The notes: generated by a model from the letters alone, not told the origin. Counted from the first letter of the stretch, positions 42,543-51,801 are shown. The stretch is DNA of 64,000 nt from Gammaproteobacteria bacterium (GCA_965116585.1 OZ220714.1:2211461-2275460), one strand, 5' to 3'. Numbers and translations are program-made.

Positions 42543-43577
42543 ATGAGCTTGGAATTCGGCATATTCGACCACCTGGACATGCGCGCCGAGCCGGTGGGCA
42601 GCACCTACGCGAAAAGGATCAGGTTTGCCCAGGCTGCGGAGGCTGCCGGTTTCAGGGGTTACCACCTGGCAGAGCACCACGGCACGCCTCTGGGCGCGGC
42701 CCCGTCACCCGGTATTTTCCTGGCGGCGTTGGCACAGGCGACCGCGCGTATACGCATCGGGCCGCTGGTTTACCTCATCCCGCTGTACATTCCACTGCGC
42801 TTGATCGAGGAGATTTGCATGCTGGACAATCTCAGCAACGGACGCCTGGAAGTCGGCCTGGGACGCGGCGTCTCGCCGATAGAGATTGCGTTTTTCGGCC
42901 TTGATCCGGATGAGTCCGTGGCCAGGTTCAGCGAGGGTGTTGACCTGATCATCCAGGGGCTGGGCACAGACAGACTGAGTTTCAAGGGCAGGTATTACCA
43001 GTATGATGACGTACCCATGCCGTTGGGCACGGTACAGTCGCCAGTGCCGATGTGGAGCGCGTCCATGTCGCCGCAAGGTCAGGCCGAGGCGGCGAAACGG
43101 GGCATGCATTCGATTTCCCTGGGGAGCACTGAGATCATCCGCAAGGCCAGTGAGAACTACCGCGCCGAGTGGGAGGCAAGCCGGGACGATCCGGTGCGTC
43201 CGGCGGGCGCACCCGCACAGCCATTTATCGGCGCCTGGCGCCTGGTTTACGTCAACGAGGATGAACAGGCCGCCGAAGCAGTTGCACGCCAGGGCTATGA
43301 CCACTGGTTTGCCAAGCTGCACAAATTATGGGTGGAAAAAAATATTGAGGCCCCGCACCTGGGTCCGATCTCCCGTTTTGAAACGGCCGTGGAGATTGGC
43401 ATGATGGTACACGGTAACGCCAACCGGGTGGCGGATACCCTGGCCCGGCAGGTGGAGATCACCGGCGTGAATTACCTGGCGTTGCAACCCGCGTTTGGTG
43501 ATATCGGGCACATTGAAGAAATGCGCTCGCTGGAGCGGTTTGCCGCAAACGCCATGCCGCAGTTGAAAACCGGCTGA
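42543..43577 (+). CDS. Luciferase-like (LLM class) flavin-dependent oxidoreductase
   Basis: [12 protein letters not shown]...[13 protein letters not shown]... is typical of LLM proteins. The start is set at ATG 42543, because the upstream part of the track ORF overlaps etfB. Confidence 0.85.
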   Translation: MSLEFGIFDHLDMRAEPVGSTYAKRIRFAQAAEAAGFRGYHLAEHHGTPLGAAPSPGIFLAALAQATARIRIGPLVYLIPLYIPLRLIEEICMLDNLSNGRLEVGLGRGVSPIEIAFFGLDPDESVARFSEGVDLIIQGLGTDRLSFKGRYYQYDDVPMPLGTVQSPVPMWSASMSPQGQAEAAKRGMHSISLGSTEIIRKASENYRAEWEASRDDPVRPAGAPAQPFIGAWRLVYVNEDEQAAEAVARQGYDHWFAKLHKLWVEKNIEAPHLGPISRFETAVEIGMMVHGNANRVADTLARQVEITGVNYLALQPAFGDIGHIEEMRSLERFAANAMPQLKTG

Positions 43578-43616
43578 TTCGCCTACCCGGATTTTTCTCC
43601 CGGCGAGAAATGCGGG

Positions 43617-44096
43617 CTAAAATCCCTGGCCTTCCTCCTCTATTGGAGGTCCCGAATAATGGATGTGAACGATTTTCCAGCCGTCAGCCTCTTTTTTCAG
43701 TACCTGGGTTTCCCTGCCTGTCGTTGCGAGGGGTTTCCCATCGGGAAATTCCGCTTCGAAATCCCAGTAGAACTCCGCCCAGGCCGTATCTTCACTCAGG
43801 ATGTGGATTGAAACATCCCGGAATTCAAGCCGCCGCTTTGCGAATGGCCCCATCGCTTCCAGGTAAAACCCGCTCTTTATTTCATCCCAGCCTCTCTGGT
43901 GCCCCCTGGGATGTATAAAGGAAATTTGCCCGGTTTGACTCCATATCTGCTCAGCTAAACTTATGTCCACTTCATTTATCGAAGTGATGTACTGGTCGAG
44001 CAACAGGCGCAGATTTGCTTCCTCATCAGCATGGCCGGCCAGGGATGCCGGGACAAGGAGGATGGAAAACACTATTCTGAGAGCCACATTCATCAA
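43617..44096 (-). CDS. Secreted NTF2/SnoaL-like (DUF4440-like) protein
   Basis: It has a signal peptide (MMNVALRIVFSILLVPASLAGHA) and the size and pattern of an NTF2-like fold. The assignment is weak. Confidence 0.5.
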   Translation of the reverse strand: MMNVALRIVFSILLVPASLAGHADEEANLRLLLDQYITSINEVDISLAEQIWSQTGQISFIHPRGHQRGWDEIKSGFYLEAMGPFAKRRLEFRDVSIHILSEDTAWAEFYWDFEAEFPDGKPLATTGRETQVLKKEADGWKIVHIHYSGPPIEEEGQGF

Positions 44097-44122
44097 AGAT
44101 CTCCCGTGCCGTTATCGACATT

Positions 44123-44130
44123 CAAAAAAA
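44123..44130. repeat. Left copy of the 8-bp target-site duplication CAAAAAAA
   Basis: Identical 8-mers directly abut both TIRs (partner at 46704-46711). Confidence 0.8.
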
Positions 44131-44153
44131 GGGAACTATATACCTAATTGTAC
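44131..44153. repeat. Left terminal inverted repeat GGGAACTATATACCTAATTGTAC
   Basis: It is the exact reverse complement of 46681-46703. A third degenerate copy lies in inverted orientation at 44184-44202. Confidence 0.9.
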
Positions 44154-44226
44154 AAAAAAGCCTTGACATCTGATTTTTAATTGGTACAATTAAGTATCAG
44201 TTAATTGAATTGACAGGATAAATCAG

Positions 44227-45135
44227 ATGAAAAACCACATGAGCATACCTGAATTTTACAAGCGGTTTCCCGATGAAGCAACTTGTAGAGAATTCATTGT
44301 AAATGAACGTTGGAATGGAAAGCCAGTTTGTCCGCACTGCGACCACGACAAGGTATATGAGATAAGCGGTGGAATGAGCTATAAGTGCGCCGGATGCAAA
44401 AAGCGTTTCAGCGTTCGCACCGGAACCGTTATGGAAGACTCTCGCCTCCCATTGCAAACCTGGTTACTGGCGATCAACATGATGACAACTGCTCGCAAGG
44501 GTATATCCAGTGTTCAATTTGCAAAGCATTTAGGAGTAACTCAAAAGACGGCCTGGTACTTGTCTAATCGCATCCGTGAAGCCTGCACAAGCGGGAAAAC
44601 TCCATTAACTGGTGAGATTGAGGTAGACGAAACTTACATTGGCGGTAAAGAGAAGAATAAACACGAATCAAAGAAACACAAGGACGGACGTGGAACGGTC
44701 GGGAAACAGCCTGTTATGGGTATGCTGGAGCGTGGCGGTCCGGTTCGGGCAATGCCTATTACAGGCGCAAAGAAAAAAGTGTTGCATGGACATATTAGCA
44801 ATGAAGTGGCAAAAGGCTCCACAATCTACACTGATGAATGGAAAGCTTACAAAGGACTGAAAGAATATAGTCATGAGTCCGTAAGACACAGCGCGGGCGA
44901 ATATGTCAATGGGGAAGTGCATACAAACGGGATAGAAAGTTTTTGGGCTTTGATGAAGCGGGGATATATCGGCACACATCATTGGTGGAGCATGAAACAT
45001 CTGCATCGTTACGTATCCGAATATGTCTATCGTCACAACACAATAGGTTTGTCTGGCGAGCCAGCACTTGCTACACTTGTCAGAAACAGTGTTGGTAAAA
45101 AGCTGCCCTACAAACAACTGATCGGGGAGGTGTGA
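44227..45135 (+). CDS. IS1595-family (ISXO2-like) transposase
   Basis: It has an N-terminal zinc ribbon CPHC...CAGC, an HTH region and DETYIGGKEKNKH, with the pattern typical of IS1595 DDE transposases. Confidence 0.9.
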   Translation: MKNHMSIPEFYKRFPDEATCREFIVNERWNGKPVCPHCDHDKVYEISGGMSYKCAGCKKRFSVRTGTVMEDSRLPLQTWLLAINMMTTARKGISSVQFAKHLGVTQKTAWYLSNRIREACTSGKTPLTGEIEVDETYIGGKEKNKHESKKHKDGRGTVGKQPVMGMLERGGPVRAMPITGAKKKVLHGHISNEVAKGSTIYTDEWKAYKGLKEYSHESVRHSAGEYVNGEVHTNGIESFWALMKRGYIGTHHWWSMKHLHRYVSEYVYRHNTIGLSGEPALATLVRNSVGKKLPYKQLIGEV

Positions 45136-45136
45136 T

Positions 45137-45298
45137 GTGGAACGAGGAATCATAGACCCTATTGATATGCCTTTTGATGAGGCAGTAAAACAAGTTGTAA
45201 AGCCCGATAGCGCTAAAAAGAAGAAAAAATATGATAAGCTGAAGAAGCGGCCAGTCCGCCAGTCCGCCAGTCCGGTTAGGAGTCATCCATCAAGGTGA
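45137..45298 (+). CDS. Probable detached 5' segment of the methyltransferase gene (53 codons, Lys-rich)
   Basis: Its GTG start lies 6 nt after a strong GGAGG. The frame ends 14 nt before the ATG of the methyltransferase ORF. One extra CCAGTCCG unit would fuse it to the methyltransferase frame. Confidence 0.45.
   Translation: MERGIIDPIDMPFDEAVKQVVKPDSAKKKKKYDKLKKRPVRQSASPVRSHPSR
45251..45274 (+). repeat. Octanucleotide tandem repeat (CCAGTCCG)x3
   Basis: Three exact head-to-tail copies, read directly. Confidence 0.95.
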
Positions 45299-45311
45299 CT
45301 GCGTTAATGTA

Positions 45312-45995
45312 ATGCGGTCGATGCCGGCTGAAAGCGTCCGGCTTGTAGTAACCTCCCCGCCTTACAATATCAAAAACAGCACAGGAAACGGCCTAAAGAA
45401 CGGCAGAGGAGGCAAATGGCCTAATGCCGCACTACAGGCCGGATATGATGTTCACGAAGACTGTATGCCGCATGATGAATACGTTGCCTGGCAGCGTGAT
45501 TGTCTTTCTGCAATGCTGCGCCTGCTCCGGCCCGATGGCGCCATCTTCTACAACCATAAATGGCGAGTTCAAAACGGCCTACTGCAAGATCGTTCGGACA
45601 TTGTTGATGGTTTCCCCGTCAGGCAGATTATAATCTGGCAACGCGCAGGGGGAATTAACTTCAATCCTGGTTATTTCCTCCCCAACTACGAGGTGATTTA
45701 CCTTATAGCTAAACCTGATTTTAAGTTGGCACCGAAAGCTAATGCCTTGGGCTGTGTATGGAGAATTACCCAGGAAAATGATAACCCGCACCCTGCCCCA
45801 TTCCCTGTTGACTTGGCTTCTCGCTGCATTGAATCTGTCACTGGAGGCCCCGTACTGGACCCGTTCATGGGAAGCGGGACAACCGCGATTGCGGCAGAGT
45901 ATGCTGGTGTTGAATGGGTTGGCATTGAAAAGTCGGAGTACTATGTACAGATGGCAAATGACCGGATTAACCGCGTCATTGCTCGCAAACCATGA
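45312..45995 (+). CDS. Beta-class DNA methyltransferase, probably N4-cytosine (SPPY motif IV)
   Basis: Motif IV is VVTSPPYN and motif I is DPFMGSGTTAIAA. The conserved upstream segment GVIHQGDCVNV is in frame (open from 45243) but has no canonical start before ATG 45312. Confidence 0.85.
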   Translation: MRSMPAESVRLVVTSPPYNIKNSTGNGLKNGRGGKWPNAALQAGYDVHEDCMPHDEYVAWQRDCLSAMLRLLRPDGAIFYNHKWRVQNGLLQDRSDIVDGFPVRQIIIWQRAGGINFNPGYFLPNYEVIYLIAKPDFKLAPKANALGCVWRITQENDNPHPAPFPVDLASRCIESVTGGPVLDPFMGSGTTAIAAEYAGVEWVGIEKSEYYVQMANDRINRVIARKP

Positions 45996-46681
45996 CGGTT
46001 ATGACAGACGCCGACCTTTATGCAAGGTTGCGCGGCGTCCTTAAACGTGGATGGACACAGATACCTGATTACTATGGATACCGCGGGACTGGTGCTCCTG
46101 GTTTAATTCTGGAAGAATTACTTGGCCTGAATGCAAGCAACCTGGATTTGCCGGACGCGGGAAAGTGGGAGATCAAATTTCATAGCGGCTCTGCGCCGCT
46201 CACCCTGTTTCACCTGGAAGCACAACCAAAAGGCCACATGCACCACATGGTGCGTGAATTTGGTTGGCCTGATGATAGGGGGCGAACCAGTTTCCGTCAT
46301 ACAATTTATGGTCGGTCAGAAAGAGGGTTTTACGTAAGCAACGAAAGCGGAAGAATTACTGTCAGAAACGACACGGCGAGCGATATTGTTTGGCCTTACT
46401 GGACGCATGATGCACTGATGAATGCGTTTGCGTCAAAGTTCCGAAGACTCATCGCAGTGAAAGGAGTGAAGCGTCGAAACAGGGTTAAGTATGAAACTGC
46501 TCATCTATATTGGGAGCCTCAGATCACCATGTTCATTGAGGCTATAGCGAATGGAATAATAGCAATTGACTTTGATGCAAGGACGAATAACGGACGTGGC
46601 CTCCGCAATCACGGAACAAAGTTTAGGATTCAATATGATAACCTGCGCCACATCTACAATAACCGACAAAAGTTTGGTTAG
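45992..46681 (+). CDS. MvaI/BcnI-family (MutH-like) type II restriction endonuclease
   Basis: GAPGLILEELLGL...DAGKWEIKF...LTLFH and IAIDFDART...RNHGTKFRI parallel BcnI as I recall it. It shares an ATGA overlap with the methyltransferase gene. Confidence 0.8.
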   Translation: MTVMTDADLYARLRGVLKRGWTQIPDYYGYRGTGAPGLILEELLGLNASNLDLPDAGKWEIKFHSGSAPLTLFHLEAQPKGHMHHMVREFGWPDDRGRTSFRHTIYGRSERGFYVSNESGRITVRNDTASDIVWPYWTHDALMNAFASKFRRLIAVKGVKRRNRVKYETAHLYWEPQITMFIEAIANGIIAIDFDARTNNGRGLRNHGTKFRIQYDNLRHIYNNRQKFG

Positions 46682-46703
46682 TACAATTAGGTATATAGTT
46701 CCC
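46681..46703. repeat. Right terminal inverted repeat GTACAATTAGGTATATAGTTCCC
   Basis: It is the exact reverse complement of 44131-44153. Confidence 0.9.
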
Positions 46704-46711
46704 CAAAAAAA
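46704..46711. repeat. Right copy of the 8-bp target-site duplication CAAAAAAA
   Basis: It is identical to 44123-44130. Confidence 0.8.
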
Positions 46712-46731
46712 CGCCACAACAAGTGTGGCGT
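46711..46731. terminator. Hairpin ACGCCACA-ACAAG-TGTGGCGT with flanking A-run and T-rich tail
   Basis: It lies downstream of the TonB-dependent receptor gene (minus strand) and now also of the endonuclease gene (plus strand). Confidence 0.6.
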
Positions 46732-46754
46732 TTATACAGTTTAGGGGAAACAGG

Positions 46755-49199
46755 CTAGAAGTCATAACGCAGGTTTAGCCCATACATGGGCTTGCCCGGG
46801 TTGGGGTTGTTACACTCCGCCTGGTAATTGAGACTACCGTTGTACTCGATGCTTCCGCAGTTCTTGTCCCCGGTGATGTTATCTATCCAGAAGGCGATTT
46901 CATACTGCTGCTCGCCACCGAATTCGTAGCTTGCCCGGGCATTCCACTGAAACCTTTCATCCACGGTCGTTCGCTGTGAACCGCTGGTGCTGCTGTTACG
47001 CTCATCCATCCAGTGAATATTGGTCTGCAGCGCCAGCAGGCCGTTGCCTACAGGGAAGGTCTTGATGACGAGCCCGGTCAGGCTCCACTCGGGCGAATTC
47101 GGCAGGGGCGCGCCTTCTACCGGTGTTACCAGGGTCCCGGCATCCTTGATCTCCGTATCCAGCCAGCCAACGCCCGCCTGTACATACAGGCTGTCTGTCG
47201 GCGTCCACTTGATATCCACCTCAGCGCCTATGAGTTCGCTTTCCGGGATGTTGAGAAAGGCCACGCGACCCAGGTTGTCCACATCAAATGCCTGCAGGTC
47301 GTCCCACTGGTAGAAAAACACCGCGCCGTTCAGGTCCAGGGCGCCGTCGGCCAGGGTTGACTTGACGCCAACCTCATAGGCATCCATGAATTCCGCTTCC
47401 GTAGGCTGGTCGGCTGTTCCCTGGAAGGCAGCCAGGGCGCGCGTATCGAATGCGCCGGACTTGAAACCCCGGGAGTAACTGGCATAGCCCATGATATCGT
47501 CGGTGAAACGATAGTCTATTCCAGCCTTGCCGCCCCATTCCGTCAGTACCTGCTTGACAGGGATATCGCTGCGGCAGGGCAGGCCGCCCACCGGCGGCGG
47601 GCATTGCCGGCTGCCGTCGGCCGCGGCAACGGTGATCTGGTTGAAGGTATCAAGGTCGATATACGTGCTGAGACCCAGGGGCATACCTCCCGGCGAGCCG
47701 TTATCGGTCTTGGCCGCCACACGGGCAGCACTGTTGCCGGACTTGCGGTCGTCGGTGTAACGCAACCCCAGAGTAATGGTCATTCTGTCGATAAAATCGT
47801 ATTCAACCTGGCCATAGCCTGACCAGATATCCACCTCCTGGTCGATGGCGATGGAGGGAACGATGCCGAAGGGCGCACCGGCGTTGTCGGTGCGGTAAAT
47901 GATGGTGGCCAGGCGGCTGTCGTCATTGGAGTAATACCCACCGGCGATCCAGCGGAAGATACTGTCATCCGTGGACGTCACGCGGATTTCCTGGGAAAAC
48001 ACCTCGGTCTGGCCGCTCTGCCCCGGCATGAAGCCTTGCCCGGTTGAATTGCCGCTGAGGGTCTGGTTGTATTCCACCGTCATTTCGTCATAGGCCGTAA
48101 TGGACACGATACTCATGTTGTCCAGGTCATGGCTGATACGCAGGAAGCCGCCCTCGAAATCCACGTCAGCCTGGTCCGGGGCGCCGTCCCGCATGTTGCG
48201 CCAGCCGTCCAGCGTCGTGCTCTCGGTGCGTCCCCCGGTGAAAGGTAGCACGGTCAGGCAGTCACTGGTGCCCTTGAACTGGCCGGAGCCGCCCTGGAGC
48301 AGGCTGGGACAGTCAATGGGGGCGGCACTGATGGCATGCGGCGTAGCCACACCGTCCACGACGTTGGGGCTGTCAGGGGCCCATATACCGATGGTCTTCC
48401 TGGGGATGCGGCCGCTGCGGTTGTAACCTACGTGGCCGTTGACGAGGACTTCCGTCCTGTCGCTTATTTCGAGCAGGAGTTGTGCGCGGCCGGAATTACG
48501 TTTTATATCGCCCATTTCCTTGCCGCTGAAGAGGTTGTTGAAAATGCCGTCGCGGTTTACGGTCTGGCCCGCTATGCGCAACGCGGCGCGATCGCCGAAC
48601 GGGATATTCAGCGCGCCTTCCACGTCCACGCGGGCTTCATTGCCGAGATTGGTAAAGACGTAACCTTCGATTCCATCGGTACTGGGCTTGCGCGAGATAT
48701 AGTTGATGGCACCGCCCGTAGTGTTACGGCCGAACAGGGTATTCTGGGGACCGCGCAATACCTCGACCCGTTCCATGTCGAACAGCGCGAGTTGGCTCGT
48801 GAACTGGCTGAACAGGGAGACCTCGTCCTGGTACTGCCCCACGGCTTGCAGGCCGGTAATATGCCAGTTGTTGCTACCCACGCCGCGTATGCTCACACCG
48901 GAATTGATGGAGCTGTTGTTCTGCAGTGTCAGGTTGGGAAACAGTGTCACCAGGTCGTCAGTGTCATGGACCCCGAGGGCATCGAGTTGATCGCCGACGA
49001 TGGCATTGATGGCGATGGGAACATCCTGTACGGATTCTGCGCGTTTTTGCGCGGTGACGACGACTTCTTCCAGCCAGCTGCTGTCCTGGGAGAACGCCGG
49101 CGGAGCGATCCAGGCCAGCGTCAGGGCCAGGGCCGTAGCAAACCGGATACCATTCGGGAAACCGGCGTTTGCCGGCTCCAAGGTTCGTAATAAATTCAT
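46755..49199 (-). CDS. TonB-dependent outer-membrane receptor
   Basis: 814-aa protein with a signal peptide, a plug with the TonB-box region EEVVVTAQKR, beta-barrel repeats and the terminal ...LNLRYDF. Confidence 0.9.
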   Translation of the reverse strand: MNLLRTLEPANAGFPNGIRFATALALTLAWIAPPAFSQDSSWLEEVVVTAQKRAESVQDVPIAINAIVGDQLDALGVHDTDDLVTLFPNLTLQNNSSINSGVSIRGVGSNNWHITGLQAVGQYQDEVSLFSQFTSQLALFDMERVEVLRGPQNTLFGRNTTGGAINYISRKPSTDGIEGYVFTNLGNEARVDVEGALNIPFGDRAALRIAGQTVNRDGIFNNLFSGKEMGDIKRNSGRAQLLLEISDRTEVLVNGHVGYNRSGRIPRKTIGIWAPDSPNVVDGVATPHAISAAPIDCPSLLQGGSGQFKGTSDCLTVLPFTGGRTESTTLDGWRNMRDGAPDQADVDFEGGFLRISHDLDNMSIVSITAYDEMTVEYNQTLSGNSTGQGFMPGQSGQTEVFSQEIRVTSTDDSIFRWIAGGYYSNDDSRLATIIYRTDNAGAPFGIVPSIAIDQEVDIWSGYGQVEYDFIDRMTITLGLRYTDDRKSGNSAARVAAKTDNGSPGGMPLGLSTYIDLDTFNQITVAAADGSRQCPPPVGGLPCRSDIPVKQVLTEWGGKAGIDYRFTDDIMGYASYSRGFKSGAFDTRALAAFQGTADQPTEAEFMDAYEVGVKSTLADGALDLNGAVFFYQWDDLQAFDVDNLGRVAFLNIPESELIGAEVDIKWTPTDSLYVQAGVGWLDTEIKDAGTLVTPVEGAPLPNSPEWSLTGLVIKTFPVGNGLLALQTNIHWMDERNSSTSGSQRTTVDERFQWNARASYEFGGEQQYEIAFWIDNITGDKNCGSIEYNGSLNYQAECNNPNPGKPMYGLNLRYDF

Positions 49200-49275
49200 T
49201 TCTTGACTCCCATAAAAAACCCGGTCAGACCTGAAATGGTCAATTTATAGAGGTTCCCATAATTCTTCATCTCCA

Positions 49276-49632
49276 TTATGTTACCGGAACCTGATTTTTC
49301 CACTCGACAAGTATTTCGCGATATCGGGTCTCCCCAGCATTGCGTGCAACGTGTGTGCACGGTACGCGGTGTCCCTGGTCGTCGATTGAAATCAGGTCGT
49401 CGCCTTCTATGCGCAGGGGGAAGATCTTTCCCGTCTCCGCCATCATCGTGCCCAGATCCCGGCCATCCATATCGAAAACCTGTAGCGGCGCGCCTTCCAG
49501 AGGGTAAAAAAGATAATCGTGCTCGTGCTTGTGCAAAGGTGTTTCCTCACCCGGTTCCAGCACGAGCTCCCACAGAATGATCGAGTCGTTCTCGAACAGT
49601 TTTGTCGTACCTACTTCGCCTGATTTATTCAT
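49276..49632 (-). CDS. Cupin-domain protein
   Basis: 118-aa protein with the cupin motif G(X)5HxH-like (PGEETPLHKHEHDY). It lies upstream of the receptor gene and is co-oriented with it. Confidence 0.65.
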   Translation of the reverse strand: MNKSGEVGTTKLFENDSIILWELVLEPGEETPLHKHEHDYLFYPLEGAPLQVFDMDGRDLGTMMAETGKIFPLRIEGDDLISIDDQGHRVPCTHVARNAGETRYREILVEWKNQVPVT

Positions 49633-50056
49633 ATTCCCCTCTACTGTTATCGAAGTTAAAAAAACAGTGCCTGCCTGCTATAAGTGCGCAATTATTATTG
49701 GTAGCAGATGGCAATTTTTCCTATCGTCCTGCCGCTTTCGATCAGGCGTTGGGCCTGCTTGTGGTCGTCAGCGTTAAACCCTGAAATAGTAGTTTGCGGA
49801 ATCGATTTAAAGGAACCTCGATTAATTCATCGCGATGATATAATACGTGTGACTGATGTCAACCCACACTTTCCTGTTTGAGGACGCTGCCATGAAGAAG
49901 ACTCAAGACCTGTTCGGTTCCTTTTTTGACCCGCAAGACAGCCGCTTGGACAAAAACTATATGTGCGTGCAAAGTTCGGGCAGGGTGTTCTAATGAGGCG
50001 GTTTCCAGTATGATCCGCTGACGTTCGTTATGATATAAGTTGCAATCAACCAGGTA

Positions 50057-50083
50057 GCGCCGCACCCGTTGCGGCGTTATTTT
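50057..50083 (+). terminator. Terminator-like hairpin GCGCCGCA-CCCGT-TGCGGCGT followed by TATTTT, 24 nt upstream of the sulfatase ATG
   Basis: Read directly. Its role (attenuator or end of an upstream transcript) is unknown. Confidence 0.3.
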
Positions 50084-50106
50084 GATGTGTTCAAGAGAGG
50101 GTTCAA

Positions 50107-51801
50107 ATGCGTAGATTACATGGAATAATCCTGGCTGCCGGTTTACTGGGTTTATCGGCTTGTACGGACCAGTCTGCTACCAACGAACCGGATCAGCGGC
50201 CCAACATCCTGCTGATCATAGCGGATGACCTGGGTTACTCGGACCTGGGCGTATTCGGCGGTGAGATCAGCACCCCGAACCTGGATGCACTGGCCGGCGT
50301 CGGCAAGATGCTGACCAATTTCCACGTGGCGCCCACCTGCTCTCCCACCCGTGCCATGCTGATGTCCGGCGCCGACGCCCACCGCGCCGGCCTCGGCACC
50401 ATGAATGGCCTGTGGTCGGAGGAGCAGAAAGGCAAACCCGGCTACGAGGGCTTCCTGAACAAGGACATCGTTACGTTTGTGAGACTGCTCAGGGAGTCCG
50501 GTTATCACACCTACATGTCCGGCAAGTGGCAGTTGGGCTACGAGGAAGGCTACTACCCCCTGGACCGGGGTTTCGAAGAGGCCTTCTGGCTGAAACACGG
50601 CGGCGCAAGCCACTTCTCCGATATGCGCGGGATTACCGAATACGCGCAGGTCGCTTTCTGGGCTGAAGGCAACGAGCAGTTACAGGCCCTGCCCGATGAT
50701 TTTTATTCTTCCGTGTATTTCACCGACAAGTTGATCGAGTACATCGATAAAAACCGCGCTGACGGCAAACCGTTCTTCGGCTACGCTGCCTACACCGCGC
50801 CCCACTGGCCGTTGCAGGCGCCCCGGGAATATGTCGACAGGTACGAGGGAGTCTATGCAGGGGGCTATGACGAGATCCGGGCGCAACGCATCGAGCGAAT
50901 GCAGGCCGCGGGACTCATGAAACAGGGACAGACCCCCGCGCCCCGGCATCCGCAATGGCCCGGCTGGGAGGACCTTGATGAAGAACAGAAAAAGCTGGAA
51001 GTGCGGCGCATGCAACTCTACGCGGCGATGGTGGAGGCGCTGGATGAGAATATCGGCCGCCTGATCCAATACCTGAAAGATACCGGGGAATACGAGAATA
51101 CTTTCATCCTGTTCTTTTCCGATAACGGCGCAGAGGGCAATAACCCGCACGATCTCGCCAGCAACCCCGCCTGGGTGCCGCCGAATTTCGATTTGAGTTA
51201 TGAAAACATGGGGAAACCCGGTTCCTATGCTTCCACGGGTCCGGGTTGGGCGCACGTCAGCAACACGCCGTTTCACATGTACAAAGGCTTCCCTACCCAG
51301 GGCGGCCTGCTATCACCTACCATCGCCGTGTTTCCGGACAGGATAACAGCAGGCAGCCGCTCGGATGCGTTCATCACCATCCTGGACGTGGCGCCGACTA
51401 TCCTGCAACTGGCAGATGTGTCGCATCCCGCACCTGAGTTTCAGGGACGCCCGGTTCATCCGATCGTCGGCAAGCCTTTCTTTGCACACCTCACCGATAA
51501 GGAAACCGTAGTGCATTCTCCGGAACACGTTTATGGCCTTGAATTGTTCAACCGCCGCATGATCCGGCAGGGTGACTGGAAACTGCTCTGGAACAATCAA
51601 CCCTGGGGCCGGGAAGGCTGGGAATTATATAATGTGGAGGAAGACCCGGGCGAACAGAATGACCTGGCACAGTCCCGGACGGGCAAATTACGAGAAATGC
51701 TGGTACTGTGGGAACAATACGTCGCCGATAATGATGTGGTAGTGTTTGATGGGCTGGAAATGAGTTTTACGAACGGGAAGAATCATTATGAATATCAGTG
51801 A
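50107..51801 (+). CDS. Arylsulfatase (formylglycine-dependent), lipoprotein-type signal
   Basis: It has the lipobox LGLSAC, the sulfatase signature PTCSPTRAMLMSG (C-x-P-x-R) and GKWQLG. Confidence 0.9.
   Translation: MRRLHGIILAAGLLGLSACTDQSATNEPDQRPNILLIIADDLGYSDLGVFGGEISTPNLDALAGVGKMLTNFHVAPTCSPTRAMLMSGADAHRAGLGTMNGLWSEEQKGKPGYEGFLNKDIVTFVRLLRESGYHTYMSGKWQLGYEEGYYPLDRGFEEAFWLKHGGASHFSDMRGITEYAQVAFWAEGNEQLQALPDDFYSSVYFTDKLIEYIDKNRADGKPFFGYAAYTAPHWPLQAPREYVDRYEGVYAGGYDEIRAQRIERMQAAGLMKQGQTPAPRHPQWPGWEDLDEEQKKLEVRRMQLYAAMVEALDENIGRLIQYLKDTGEYENTFILFFSDNGAEGNNPHDLASNPAWVPPNFDLSYENMGKPGSYASTGPGWAHVSNTPFHMYKGFPTQGGLLSPTIAVFPDRITAGSRSDAFITILDVAPTILQLADVSHPAPEFQGRPVHPIVGKPFFAHLTDKETVVHSPEHVYGLELFNRRMIRQGDWKLLWNNQPWGREGWELYNVEEDPGEQNDLAQSRTGKLREMLVLWEQYVADNDVVVFDGLEMSFTNGKNHYEYQ

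Larger units (their letters stand above)
44131..46703 (+). mobile_element. IS1595-family element (2,573 bp) carrying a type II restriction-modification cargo
   Basis: Perfect 23-bp TIRs (44131-44153 / 46681-46703) and an 8-bp TSD enclose a transposase, a methyltransferase and an endonuclease. Confidence 0.85.

Noticed and set aside
41688-43577. Long N-terminal extensions of the etfB (to 42680) and LLM oxidoreductase (from 42159) track ORFs, which overlap each other
   Set aside because: The conserved protein N-termini begin at [10 protein letters not shown] (ATG 42437) and [12 protein letters not shown] (ATG 42543). The extensions are mutually overlapping open frames in the divergent spacer with no homology signal.
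49640-50106. The sulfatase/cupin divergent spacer: a 68-aa minus ORF (49859..50065), a 33-codon plus ORF (49892..49993) followed by a terminator-like hairpin (possible leader-peptide attenuator), and an AT-rich AATAATAATTGCG stretch (about 49681-49700) as a possible Fur box
   Set aside because: Neither ORF has homology or a convincing RBS. I could not find an alternative antiterminator pairing for the attenuator idea. The Fur-box match is too weak to call without a PWM scan.
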